A DNA stretch of 64,000 bases from Chiloscyllium plagiosum (taxonomy: Eukaryota): contig NC_057754.1 of the NCBI RefSeq assembly GCF_004010195.1, forward strand, positions 9,673,700 to 9,737,699. The letters are read 5' to 3'. The notes beneath the pieces are model-generated. The model saw only the letters and a program-made list of their open reading frames with translations. It was not told the origin of the DNA and did not search any database. A program made the translations under genes and the position numbers. Positions 36,891-49,249 of the stretch are shown here, in pieces. How positions within the stretch are numbered: position 1 is the first letter of the stretch; each line of letters starts with the position of its first letter.

Positions 36891-37577
36891 CTTATCTGCC
36901 AAAGCCAGCTCATGTCCCCTTTTAGCTCTTTTCTCTCTTAGGTGTACTCCACTACCCTCTACCTTCCTTGTGGAATTCACTTGAATCTCAGCTGCTTATA
37001 CATTTCATATGCCTCCGTATTTTTCTTGACAAAAGGCTCAATAATTCTAGTCAATCCAAGGTTCCCTACTCCTGCCATCCTTACCCTTCACTCTAACAGG
37101 AACATACTGGCCCTGAACCCTCATTAACTCACTTTTGAAAGCCTCCTACTTACCAGATGTCCCTTTGCTTGCAAATAGCCTCCCCCAATCAACTTTTGAA
37201 AGTTCCTGTCTAAGGCCATCAAAACTGGCCTTGCCCCAGTTTAGAACTTTAACTGGTAGACCACACCTATCCTTTTCCATAGCTTTTTAACAACTGAAGG
37301 AATTTTGGTCACAAATTACTCCTCTTCCATGATTTGCCCTGCCTTACTTTCCAGGAGGAAGTAAGTTTTGCCCCTTTTCTCATAAGGTCATTTACATATT
37401 GCATGAGATATTCTTCCTAAACCCAAGTTATAAATTTCTTTCCATCCAAGCCCTTAACACTGTGGCAGTCCCAGTCAATGTTAGCAAAGTTAAAATCCCC
37501 GATTGCAATCCTATTATTCTTGCAATTTTCTGTGATCTACCGACATATTTGCTCCTCAATCTCCCACTGACTTTTCA

Positions 37578-37664
37578 TCCACACAGTCAGTCACCGGAGG
37601 CGGGAATTGAACCCGGGTCTCTGGCACTGTGAGGCAGCAGTGCTAACCACTGTGCCACCGTGCC
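37578..37664 (-). mobile_element. HE1 SINE head only, flanked by a 38-bp duplication
   Basis: 37540-37577 is identical to 37663-37700. Confidence 0.9.
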
Positions 37665-37882
37665 GACATATTTGCTCCTCAATCTCCCACTGACTTTTCA
37701 CTGTTGTCCCAATACCGATAGTGTTCCACAAAATACATCCATTTTTCCCACACCACCCCTTCAACATGTACTTACCTATCTTCTAATCTCCTTACCAATT
37801 TCATGTGGCTTACGATCCAGAGATTACAACCTTTGAGGTCCCATTTTAATGTTGTTCCTAATTCCTGATATTCCTTAAATAA

Positions 37883-39085
37883 CAAAGAGGTTTGATGAGG
37901 GCAGAGCGGTAGATATGATCTATATGGACTTCAGTAAGGTGTTCGACAATGGGAGACTGGTTGGCGAGGTTAGATCTCATGGAATACAGGGAGAACTCAC
38001 CATTTGGATACAGAACTGGCTCAAAGGTAGAAGACAGTGGGTGGTGGTGGAGGGTTGCTTTTCAGACTGTAGGCCTGTGACCAGTGGAGGGCCACAAGGA
38101 TCAATGTTGGGTCCACTACTTCTCATCATTTATATAAATGATTTGGATGTGAGCATAAGAGGTATAGTTAGTAAGTTTGCTGATGACACCAGAAATTGGA
38201 GGTGTAGTGGACAGCAAAGAAGGTTACCTCAGATTCCAATGGGATCGTGATCAGATGTGCCAATGGGCAGAAAAGTGGCAGATGGAGTTTAATTCAGATA
38301 AATGGGAGGTGCTGCATTTTGGGAAAGCAAACTTAGCAGGACTTATACACTTAATGGTAAGGTCCGAGGGAGTGTTGCTAAACAAAGAGACCTTAGAGTG
38401 CAGGTTCATAGCTCCTTGAAAGTGGAGTCACAGGTAGATAGGATAGTGAAGGTGTTTGGTATGCTTTCCTTTATTGGTCAGAGTATTGAGTACAGGGGTT
38501 GGGAGGTCATGTTGCGGCTGTACAGGACATTGGTTAGGCCACTGTTGGAATATTGCATGTAATTCTGGTCTCCTTCCTATCGGAAAAATGTTGTGAAACT
38601 TGAAAGGGTTCAGAAAAGATTGACAAGGATGTTGCCAGGGTGGGAGGATTTGAGTTATAGGGAGAGGTTGAATAGGCTGGGGCTGTTTTCCCTGCAGCGT
38701 CGGAGGCTGAGGGGTGACCTTATAGAGGTTTATAAAATCATAAGGGGCATAAATAGATAAAGTCTTTTCCCTGGGGTCAGGGAGTCCAGAACTAGAGGGC
38801 ATAGGTTTAAGGTGAGAGGGGAAAGACATAAAAGAGACCTAAGGGGCAGCTTTTTCACTCAGAGGGTGGTACGTGTGTGGAATGAGCTGCCAAAGGAAGT
38901 GGTGGAGGCTGGTACAATTGTAACATTTCAAAGGCATCTGGATGGGTATATGAATAGAAAGCATTTGGAGGGATGTGGGCGAGGTGCTGGCAGGTGGGAC
39001 TAGATTGGGTTGGGATATCTGGTCGGCATGGACGGGTTGGACCAAAGAGTCTGTTTCCATGTTGTACATCTCTATCACTCTATGC
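37883..39085 (+). mobile_element. HER1/CR1 LINE 3' fragment, relatively young
   Basis: [34 protein letters not shown]; ctctatcactctatg tail. Confidence 0.93.
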
Positions 39086-39619
39086 CCTTCATCTTGGCAA
39101 CAGATAGATAACACACCATGCAGGCCTCTCAGTCTTCCTCACAGACAACACTATCTGTCTCCCGAATTATCAAATCCTCTACCGCTACGACTTTCCTTTG
39201 TTCTCTTATTGCATGGCTTCTTGGATCATTGTGCTGTGGTCAGTTTAATCATCCTCTTTCCTCATCCAACCATCCAGGGAGCAAGCACCTTGGACAAGAT
39301 GAAGAGCTGAGGCACCTTCAGTGCAATTTTCAGAATCCCTCTACCTGCCTCAGTGGTTGTCACACCCTCCTGTCCCTCACCAGTGGCCAAATTTGAAATA
39401 TTTAAGCTACACATTGTGACTGCCTGCAATACAGCATTAACGTAAGCTCTCGCCGTCCTGGGTGTGTCACAGAGTCTGAAGATTGGATTCCTGTTCATCA
39501 ATTCAGATGCTGCTTGAGCTGCAGTCACTCAGTGCAGTTGCGACTGCTTGTAATGGAATCCAAAGCTCGAAAACAAAACAAACAATACATCACCTGTGCT
39601 GCCATTTCTAATATAGTTA

Positions 39620-39733
39620 AAAAATCACACTACACCAGGTTATAGTCCAACAGGTTTATCTGCAAGGACGATAACCAGGTGTGTGATTTTTAACTTTGTC
39701 CACCCCAGTAAAACACTGGCACTTCCGCATCAC
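39620..39733 (+). mobile_element. Collapsed fold-back PLE derivative (family 2)
   Basis: 14-bp TSD TTCTAATATAGTTA (39606-19, 39734-47). Confidence 0.88.
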
Positions 39734-39899
39734 TTCTAATATAGTTAGTTAGATTTTACATATTGTTAAAAAATTGATTGGTCCTACATTGTTGTACTCC
39801 TTTCTGAATCTACTACTATTTAATGTCAGTCCCTAACTAGCCAATCAAACCAAAACTTCTCCACTTCATTCTTCCCTCCCTGCGACTCAGGCATTCTGA

Positions 39900-40192
39900 A
39901 CACTTTCTCTGCTCTTTCCCAGACTGCGTCACTGTTAGGCCAAATGCAAGGACACACTCTTCTCAGAGTGCTTCATTAAGATGCCAACTGGGAGGACACC
40001 CTTCCCAGACTGGTTCACTGTGATACCAACAGCAAGAAACCCCTTCCCAGACTGCTTCAAGGCAATGTTGACTGTGAGGACGCCCTTCCCAGACTCCTTC
40101 ACTGTTAGGCCAACTGTAAGGACACACTCTTCTCAGAGTGCTTCATTATTATGCCAACTGGGAGGAAAGCCCTCCCAGACTGCTTCAAGGCA
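39900..40192. repeat. ~42-bp tandem repeat (CCCTTCCCAGACTGCTTCACTG core), resumes at ~41772-41806
   Basis: About 7 units, interrupted by CR1 40195-41770. Confidence 0.85.
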
Positions 40193-40194
40193 AA

Positions 40195-41770
40195 ACAGGA
40201 ACAAAGAACATTTACAGCCCGGGAACAGGCCCTTGGGCCCTCCAACCCTGAGCCAATCCAAATCCACTGTCTAAATCTGTCGCCCAATTCTAAGCATCTG
40301 TATCCCTCTGCTCCCCACCTACTCATACATCTGTCCAGACGCATCTGAAAATGAATCTACCGTGCCTACCTCTGCTGGCAATGCATTCCCAGCGCCTACC
40401 ACCCTCTGTATGAAGTACTTGCTTTGTGTATCCCTCTTAAACTTTCCACCTCTCACCTTGAATGCATGACCTCTCGTTATTGAATCCTTCACCCTGGGAA
40501 AAAGCTTATCTCGATCCACCCTGTCTATACCCTTCATGATTTTGTAAACCTCAATCTCCTTTTTTCTAATGAAAACAATCCTAACCCACTCAACCTGTCT
40601 TCATAGCTAGCACCTTCCATACCAGGCAACATCCTCGTAAAACTTCTCTGCACCCTCTCCAAAGCGTCCACATCCTTTTGGTAACGTGGCAACCAGAACT
40701 GTACACAGTATTCCAAATGTGGCTGAACCAATGTGTACAATTCTAATATGACCTGCCAGCTCTTATACTCAATACCCAGTCCGATGAAGGCAAGCATACC
40801 ATATGCCTTCGTGACCACTCTATCCACCTGTGCAGCAACTTTCAGGGTACAATGGACCTGAACTCCCAGATCTCTCTGCTCATCAACTTTTCCCAAGGCT
40901 CTTCCGTTGACTGTATAATTGGCTCAAGAATTAGACTTCCCAAAATGCATCACCTCACATTTGCCTGGAGTGAACTCCATCTGCCACTTCCCCGCCCAAC
41001 TCTCCAGACTATCTATATTCTCCTGTATTCTTTGAAGTCCCCTATGCTTTCTGCTACTCCACCAATCTTAGTGTCATCTGCAAATTTGCTGATCATACCA
41101 ACAGTGCCCTCTTCCAGATCATTTATGTATATTACAAACAACAATGGCCCCAACACTGATCCCTGTGGAACACCACTGGTCACCTTTCTCCTTTGAGAAA
41201 CTCCCTTCAACTACTACTCTCTGTCTCCTGTTGCTCAACCAGTTCTTTATTCACCTAGCTAGAACAACCTGCACACCACGTGACTTCATTTTCACTATTA
41301 TTTTACCATGGGAACCTTATCAAACACCTTACTAAAGTCCATGTATATGACATCTACAACCCTTCCTTCATCTATCAACTTGGTCACTTCCTCAAAGAAC
41401 TCTAAGTTGGTAAGGCATGATCTCCCCCGCACAAAACCATGTTGCCTCTCACTGATAAGCCCATTCATTTCCAAATATAAACAAATTTTAATCCCTCAGT
41501 ACCTTCTCCAGCAACTTTCCCACAACTGACGTCAGGCTCACTGGTCTGTAGTTACCCGGAATATCCCTATTACTGTTCTTGTACAGGGAGACAACATGAG
41601 CAACCCTCCAGTCCTCCAGCACCTCACGTGTGTTTAAGGATGCTACAAAGATATCTGTCAGGGTCCCAGCTATTTCCTCTCTCACCTCCCTTAGCAACCC
41701 TGGGATAGATCCCATTCGGTCCTGGGGATTTGTCCCCTTAATAACCTCTAGCGTACCCAACTTCCTTACA
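40195..41770 (-). mobile_element. CR1 LINE 3' fragment
   Basis: [41 protein letters not shown]; (GAACAAA)n tail. Confidence 0.93.
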
Positions 41771-43023
41771 TAAGGCGATCCTGACTGTGAGGATGCCCTT
41801 CCCAGGTAAAGCCACTGGAACATATTCTGGAAATATTTTGGTGAAGCTTTTCACTGTGCCTCGGAACATGTGACAATAAACTCAATTCAATTCAAATCCC
41901 AACATGAAATATAAATTCCATAAATCAAATTTGGAATTGAAAGTTAGTCTCAGTAATGGCAACCATGAAACTAACAGAGTCATCGAAAACCCATCTGATT
42001 CACTGATCTACTCTGCATGTGGAAACTTACCGTCCTTCCCCAAACGTTCATGTGACCCGAGATCTACTGCAATGTCGGTCATTTCTTAACCACTCTCTGA
42101 AATAACCTCGCAAGCCATTCAGTTCAAAATACAAATCAGGAGTGGCAACAAATGCACTTATCAGTGATATCCACGTCCCACAAAAGACTTAGAAGAAAAA
42201 AAGACAACAGTGCTCCAGATCGACACCAGAAACCGTATGAGAGTATTGGAATAGTCAGGTTAGGAATAGAAGAGGCACGAGCGAGAGTTTTAGCAGCAAA
42301 TCGGCTGAAGGCGGAGGAGATGGGAGGTGCCACAGAAGTGAAAATGGACAGCCTTGATGGAACAGATGTGTATCAGAATATCAGCTCAGGGTGAGGAGGT
42401 TTTGTTCAGGCTCAGACATTGCAAAAACAGAATCCAACCGATTAAGTCAGATGTGAACTCTCACTTGCAGAGTAGGCATGACTGGCTAAATGGCCTGTGC
42501 CAGCTTGAGTTCCTGATACCCATGCCCAAGAACCATTAACAATATGAAGGAAAAAGTGGGCATGTGGCCATGAGTGGCATACAGTGTAATTGCAAGAGAC
42601 TTGAGGGAGAAAGGGAGTGTCATGCAAAGCAATGAGCACTGAGACGCCATCAGACAGACAAGGAAAAATTACGGAAGGTTCTGGGTAAACGGATAGGACA
42701 AGGGGAGATGTTCAAGGCAGGCTCATGGGAGCATGTGAAGCAGCAGAAACGGTGGTTTGTCTCAATCTTAGTGACAAAGGAGTCAGTCAAGTCCTCGTGC
42801 ATCTTGTTGCTGGTGAGGATGGAGGAGACGGGGAGAGGAGGAGCCCTTTGAAAGTAAACAGCTTGTGTTAGAGATATTAAAGAGTCAACACACTATACAT
42901 AATAAAGCTGATTTGACTTTTATCCAGAATATTAACACCAATAACGTAGCTGTGAATATATCAACTGAGACGGACTCCAATGAACATGGTTCAGTCCTGG
43001 GTGTGAGTAGCAGCAAAATCCCA

Positions 43024-43734
43024 TCACTGTAGTGACTTGTGAACTCGCTGGTGTCTCAGCAATGTGGATGAATCAATGAAACTCTTTCCACACTTAGAGC
43101 AGGTAAATGCTCTCTCCCCACTATGTACTCGGCGGTGTGTCAGGAGGTTGGATGAATTAGTGAAGCCCTTCCCACACTGAGTGCAGGTGAATGGTTTCTC
43201 CCCATTGTGGGTGCGCTGGTGGGTTAGCAGGGTGGACGATTGAGTGAATCTCTTTCCACACTCAAAGCAGGTGAACGGCCTCTCTCCAGTGTGAATTCGC
43301 TGATGGGCAGTGAGCTCGGATGATCGCCTGAACCCAGTCCCACAACAAGAGCATGTAAATGGTCTCTCATCAGTGTGAACAAGTTGATGGGACGTCAGTT
43401 CCCAAGAACTTTTATAGCATTTCCCACAGTCTTTGCATTTGAAAGGTCTCTCCCCGGTGTGAACACGCTGGTGTTTCAGCAGGATTGATGACTGAGTGAA
43501 TCCCTTCCCACATTCAGGGCAGGTGAACGGTCTCTCTCCGGTGTGACTGCGCCGATGAATTTCCAACTCAAATGGATAATTGAATCCCTTCTCACAGTCT
43601 CCACATTTCCAGCGTTTCTCCCCAGTGTGGCTGCGCTTATGTTTTGACAGGCCAGATGACTGGCTGAAGCCTCGTCCACACACAGGACACGTGTACGGTT
43701 TCTCTACACTGTGAGCAGTGCTTTTACCTTCCAT
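43024..43734 (-). CDS. Tandem C2H2 zinc-finger protein C (8 fingers), paralogue of A
   Basis: ATG 43734 (MEGKSTAH), 8 canonical fingers, ends HKSLQ*; fingers 1-5 colinear with ZNF-A. Confidence 0.93.
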   Translation of the reverse strand: MEGKSTAHSVEKPYTCPVCGRGFSQSSGLSKHKRSHTGEKRWKCGDCEKGFNYPFELEIHRRSHTGERPFTCPECGKGFTQSSILLKHQRVHTGERPFKCKDCGKCYKSSWELTSHQLVHTDERPFTCSCCGTGFRRSSELTAHQRIHTGERPFTCFECGKRFTQSSTLLTHQRTHNGEKPFTCTQCGKGFTNSSNLLTHRRVHSGERAFTCSKCGKSFIDSSTLLRHQRVHKSLQ

Positions 43735-44072
43735 GTTCAAAAATCGGATAATGTTCAGGTTGTGACGATTTGGGTTTCAGTTTTTCCACTGCAGTTCCAC
43801 CTTTCTAACAGAGAACTAGGTTTAAAACAGCATTAGGTGAGGGACAAACAACTAAAAAAAACACAGGCAGAATCTGAAACTGAGCTGAATGAATCTTGTC
43901 ATTCATGGGACTAACACTAGGGTAAAGTGAGCATCAAAGCTACTAGATTGTGATAACGCAGCTGGTTCACTGATGTTTTTCAGGGAACCCAACATCTGGT
44001 GTGGACCTATATAAGAACCTGCCCTTTATGAGAGGAGAGAGTGTGAGGGAAAGAATCAGGCAGGGGGGAGGG

Positions 44073-44292
44073 NNNNNNNNNNNNNNNNNNNNNNNNNNNN
44101 NNNNNNNNNNNNNNNNNNNNNNNNNNNNNNNNNNNNNNNNNNNNNNNNNNNNNNNNNNNNNNNNNNNNNNNNNNNNNNNNNNNNNNNNNNNNNNNNNNNN
44201 NNNNNNNNNNNNNNNNNNNNNNNNNNNNNNNNNNNNNNNNNNNNNNNNNNNNNNNNNNNNNNNNNNNNNNNNNNNNNNNNNNNNNNNNNNNN
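44073..44292. other. Assembly gap (N run)
   Basis: 220 consecutive n. Confidence 1.
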
Positions 44293-44731
44293 NTCTGGAC
44301 AGATGCATGAGTAGGTGGGGAGCAGAGGGATACAGATCCTTAGGAATTGGGCGATAGGTTTAGACAGTGGATTTGGATCAGCTCAGGCTTGGAGGACCGA
44401 AGGGCCTGTTCCTGGGCTGTACATTTTCTTTGTTCTTTTTCTTCTTTGAAACTATTCACCTCAACCCTTCGGAGTGGGAGTGGATTTCACTCCTCACCAC
44501 CCTCCGAAGGAAGATGTTTCTCCCAAATTCCGGACCAGATTTCCTGGTGACCACCTTGTGTTGAAGATCTCTCTTTGTCTGCATCCCCACGAATGAAGAT
44601 ATTCTCTCTCTCTCTCTCTCTATCCCCCGTGTCAATACCTTACATTATTTCAAAGAACTCTAACAGGTCACTCCCTCAGCCTTCGATTTACAAGCAGAAA
44701 GGAGACCCAGATTGTTAACCACTTCCACATA

Positions 44732-46175
44732 AAGTTAAAAATCACACAACACTGGGTTATAGACCAACAGGTTCATTTGGAAGTACCAGCTTTCGGAGCT
44801 CTGCTCCTTCATCAGGTAGCTAGTGGGACAGGATCATAGGACACAGAATTTATAGAAAAAGATTAAAGTGGCGTACAACTGAGGCAATGTATTGAACTAA
44901 TCTAGATGGCTGCTCAGTCTTTAATCACTTAGAATGGGACTGCAGGTTTCGATTAATTAATATGTAAATCTCAGAACTTCTTTGAATTCACATTCCTGAG
45001 ATAATTTAAGGGTTTTTTTTAAAAGAAAAGGTGACATTACCACTCAGACAATGCATTCCAAGTATAAGGTTAGACTCTATCTGTATTCCAACCTTGAGTC
45101 AGACTGGTTCTATTTCCTAAGTAGGAATTTATAAAATGTCACGTGGACTGACTGCCTGCAGATTGTGTGCTTTTTGAACAAAATAGAATGTTTCTGCAAA
45201 CACAAATCTGCAAATGCAAATTTATCCCACAGACTTGTATGTGTGTGTGTACGTGTGTGTGTTGTGTGTGTGTATGTGTGTGTGTGTGTGAGTGTGAGAG
45301 AGAGGGAGGGAGGGAGAGAGAGAGTGTGAGTCAGTGAGTGAGTGTGAAAAAGAGAGAGAGAGAGAGAAAAAAAAGGTGGTATCATGGGATGATACTGAGA
45401 GACATTACATATATGAAATGCAACCAGAACTTCTAACAAAACCTTCTAAATCCCAAACTTCCACCATTTGAACAGAATAAGGTATTGGGCTGTTGTGTGC
45501 ACTATCGCATTCAAGTTCCCCTCCATTGTTCACTTTCCACTGTACTCCCGTTACTTTGGTTTAATCTGAGTACACATGACAATAAATCTGATTCTAATGT
45601 GAAATTGTTCTTGCTGATTTGGACTCATTATTATTCCTTCATTCTTTACTGTGTGAAACTCCTCACCTGACAGGCCTGTGGGAGTCCCTTCATTACATGG
45701 ACTGCAATTCAAGATAGTCTCCATAGGCAGCTGGGGATTGAGGATATTTGCAAGATACCGAAGGGGGAATGGGAAGAGGACAAGCTGATTTGCCTCTTTT
45801 AGGGAACCAACACAGGCAAAACTGGCTAAATGACTTCCTTCTCTGTCAATCTGACATAGCACTGGGACACAGACAGACTTACACACCTATTGTTCAAAAA
45901 CCACTGCTGTGTTGGGAATGTAATGTAAAAGTAGTTCTGGGATTTACATACCAAAGAACAGAAACCAGCATATCCTGTTTTAAAAGATGGAAGTTTAAAT
46001 CTAAGATTGTTTACTGTATCACATCTCCCTGACACTGGGACTCCTTTGGCTATAAATTCTGTGAGTGTGATCTTAACCTCCACAACCACCTGATGAAGGA
46101 GCGACACTCCGAAAGCTAGTGTTTCCAAATAAACCTGTTGGACTATGACCTGGTGGTGTGTGTGATTTGTAACTC
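44732..46175. mobile_element. Two opposed family-2 PLE derivatives (44732-~45400 minus, ~45910-46175 plus), possibly one large fold-back
   Basis: Inverted termini; (TG)n/(GA)n tract at 45236-45367; hammerhead motifs at 44787-44815 (-) and 46090-46118 (+). Confidence 0.75.
46087..46121 (+). ncRNA. Minimal hammerhead ribozyme motif (family 2)
   Basis: CAC-CUGAUGA-A-GGAG(CGACA)CUCC-GAAA-GC-UA-GUG. Confidence 0.75.
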
Positions 46176-46899
46176 CTTCAGTCTTGGAATTACGCAATGA
46201 TTTCACAAAAAGGGTTAATGAAGACAAACCTCTGTGAGTAACACCCACCTTGTCTCTAGACTCAGGCTTGGGAGCAACGCCTGCAAGAAAGTAACAGTAA
46301 GATATCTGCTACAAAATGAATAAACTCTGAAAATGTTCAGCAGGTCAAGCTGTATCTATGAAGAGAGAAACAGTTAATGTTAGCATGTATGCACAAGAAT
46401 TTGAAAATTAAAAATTATGCCGATACTGAAGATCAATGTACAGTAATAGAAGATAAAATGGACTGGAGCACAGAAAAAAAATCAGTTGCTGACTATGGAA
46501 GGGTCTCTAGGGAGATAAAAGTTGATCAGTGAGTAGCACATGGTTGGGAATGGTTCAGACACATTAAGACATGGTCAGTGGAAGTTAACAGTGAAACAAT
46601 GAACAGAAGTAAATATACCACTATCATTTATGGAGGCAGTTAGACAAATCGCAAAGAGGTGATTTTGGAGTATAGAGGCGAAACACACGAGTGGATACGG
46701 ACAGAGTCAAGGACTCTCCCACAGATACGCGATCACAGCACCAAAGGTTCAAACTGTAGATGTATTGTCAAAAATACTCACCTTGGAAGCAACTTTTGTT
46801 TTCAAGTTAAAAATCTCCTGCTGGAACCCGAGGCTGGAACGTTATCATAAGAACTACTCAGTTCGGATGGTGAGGTTCCAGAACATGCTAAGATTAGTA

Positions 46900-48855
46900 A
46901 GTAGCAGCTTTAGCAGGCATAAAGATGCATAAACCCCCAGCAGCTGATGAGATTAATCCCAGGCTGCTTTGAGAGGCAAAGGAGGAGATTGCTGAGGTCC
47001 ATGTGGAAACATTTATGTTGCTAGCCACAAATGAAGTCCCAGATAACTGGAAGATAGTTAACATGGTTCTTTGCTTGAGAACGACAGCAGGGATAGGCCA
47101 GGTTAGTCTGACTTCAGTGGTAGGGAAATTACCGGAAAAAATTCTGAGGGACAGGATTAATCAACATTAGCAAAGGTGGGATTGATCAGAGAAAGTGAGC
47201 ATGGATTTGTTAGAGGGAGATCCTGCATGACTAATTTAATTACATTTTTTGAAAAGGTGACTAAATATAATGATGAGGTAGTTCAGTCAGTGTGGTTCAC
47301 ATGCACATCAGTAAGGTTTTGGCAAGGCCCCAAATGGAAGGATTGTCCAAAAGGTAAAGGCCCATTGGATCCAAGGTGAGTTAGCAAACTAGATCCAAGA
47401 TTGGCCTGCAAATAGGAGGCAAAGGGTGAAGGGAGGTTTTTGTGATTGGAAGCCTGTGACGAGTGTTGTACCATAAGGATTGCTGCTGGGACCCTTGCTG
47501 TTTGCAACCTATATTAATGACTTGGATGTGAACACAGAAGGTATAAGTTTGTAAGTTTGCAGATTGCACAAAAATTAGTGTTGTTGACAGTGAGCAGGAT
47601 GATCGCAGGCGACAATCTGATATTGAGCAACTGGTAAATTGAGCAGAGCAACAGCAGGTGGAATTTAATCCTGGTAAGTGCAAGGTGATGCATTGTGGAA
47701 GGTCTAATAAGGGAAGGATATGCACAAGGAATGGTAGGTCCCTGGGGAGTATTGAGGAACAAAGGGAATCTTAGCGTACAAGTCTGTAGATCCCTGAAAG
47801 TGTCAGTACAGGTAGGCAGGTTGGTGAAGGCGGCATACAGGATGCTTCCCTTCATGAGAAGAACCCCTCATCTTTTACCTCAGAACCCTCCAACCCCAGG
47901 GCATCAATGTGGATTTCACCAGTTTCCTCATTTCCCTTCCCCCACCTTACCCCAGTTTCCTCATTTCCCTTCCCCCACCTTACCCCAGTTCCAACCTTCC
48001 AGCTCAGCATTGCCCTCATGACCTGTCCCACCTGTCAATCCTCCTTCCCACCTATCCGCTCCACCCTCCTCTCCGACCTATCACCTTTACCCCTTCCTCC
48101 ATCCACCTATTGCAGTCTCAACTACCTTCTCCCCAGCCCCCTCCCCCCATGTATCTCTCCACTCCCGAGGCTTCCAGTCTCATTCCTGATGAAGGGCTCC
48201 TGCCCGAAATGTCGATTCTCCTGCTCCTCAGGTGCTGCCTGACCTGCTGTACTTTTCCAGCGACTCACTCTAATCTTGACTCCCTTCATTAGCTCGAACG
48301 TAGAACATAAGAAAAAGAAAATCTGTTACAACTTGATAAAATATTGCTTAGACCACAGATGGAATTCTAGTTGCCACACTATCGGAAGGACATGATTGCA
48401 CTGGAGAGGGTGCAGAGGAGATTCACCAGGATCTGGTTTGGGATGGAAAGTCTCAGTTACAGGGCAGCCTATATAGGCTGGGTTTGTTTTCCTTGTAGCA
48501 GAGGAGGCTGAGAGGGGATCTGATTGAGGTATAAAATTGTGAGACATATAGACAGGGTACATTGTGAGGTTCTCCCAATGGCAGACATGTCGAAGACCAA
48601 GGGGTACAATATTAAGCTGAGGCGTAAATGGCTAGAGGAGATCTGAGGAAAGAGTTTTTTTCACCCAGAAGATGTCGAAACATAGAACGTGTTGCCTGAG
48701 GTGGCAGAAACAATATTTAAGAAGAATCTGGATAAGCAGCTAAAATTCCAGAGCATGGTAAGCAATGGATTAAGTGCAGGGAAATGGAATTTGGTCTTTT
48801 TGGTCAGCATATACATGGTGGGGCAAAGGGCATGTTTTTATGCTGTATGACTGAC
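46900..48855 (+). mobile_element. CR1 LINE, decayed
   Basis: SEHGFVRGRSCMTNLITFFE and downstream RT remnants. Confidence 0.85.
47856..48280 (+). mobile_element. Penelope 3' fragment with hammerhead motif (48186-48213)
   Basis: TSD TCCCTTCAT; end of GIY-YIG ORF (QP.GINVDF); CUGAUGA-A-GGGC(UCCU)GCCC-GAAA-UG-UC; internal 34-bp duplication. Confidence 0.85.
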
Positions 48856-49249
48856 TGGAGTCAGAAAAATAAAGTTGCACAATGGAGGCAGGTCATGACA
48901 CCGTGCAATTCTGAAGGACTGAGGAGGGGTGTGGGGCTTCAAGTGCATGATTTCCATGGCAACACTAAGATTGTCTTCATCACAGCAAAGGAGACTGAGG
49001 GGCGATTTGATTGAGGTATACAACCTCATGGTATTTTAGACAAGATACAGGAAGCAAGTCTGGTCCCATTAGCTGCTGTAAAAAACACAATGGGCAAGAG
49101 ATGGAAGGAGATGAGAACAGAGGGGAAAGACTGAAATCTGACTTCCAACAAAAAGTATCTTGCACCACTTAAACTCCAAGGCTGGTAACATCCAGGTTCT
49201 GGTAATTTGGGTCAGCTCAAAATCTGATATTTTACCTCATATTTCAAGT

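Larger units (their letters stand above)
35820..40195 (-). mobile_element. 5' part of another CR1 (APE, ORF1, 5'UTR repeats), interrupted
   Basis: APE-region similarity at 36890-37720; ORF1 remnants at 37720-37880 and 39085-39610. Confidence 0.6.

Noticed and set aside
43967-44357. ORFs crossing the N run
   Set aside because: Artefacts of the assembly gap
44787-44815. Sense-strand hammerhead in the putative ZNF-C intron as an active ribozyme
   Set aside because: Cleavage triplet reads CUG (G at position 17), normally non-cleavable; the copy at 55553-55580 has a core U4>C change
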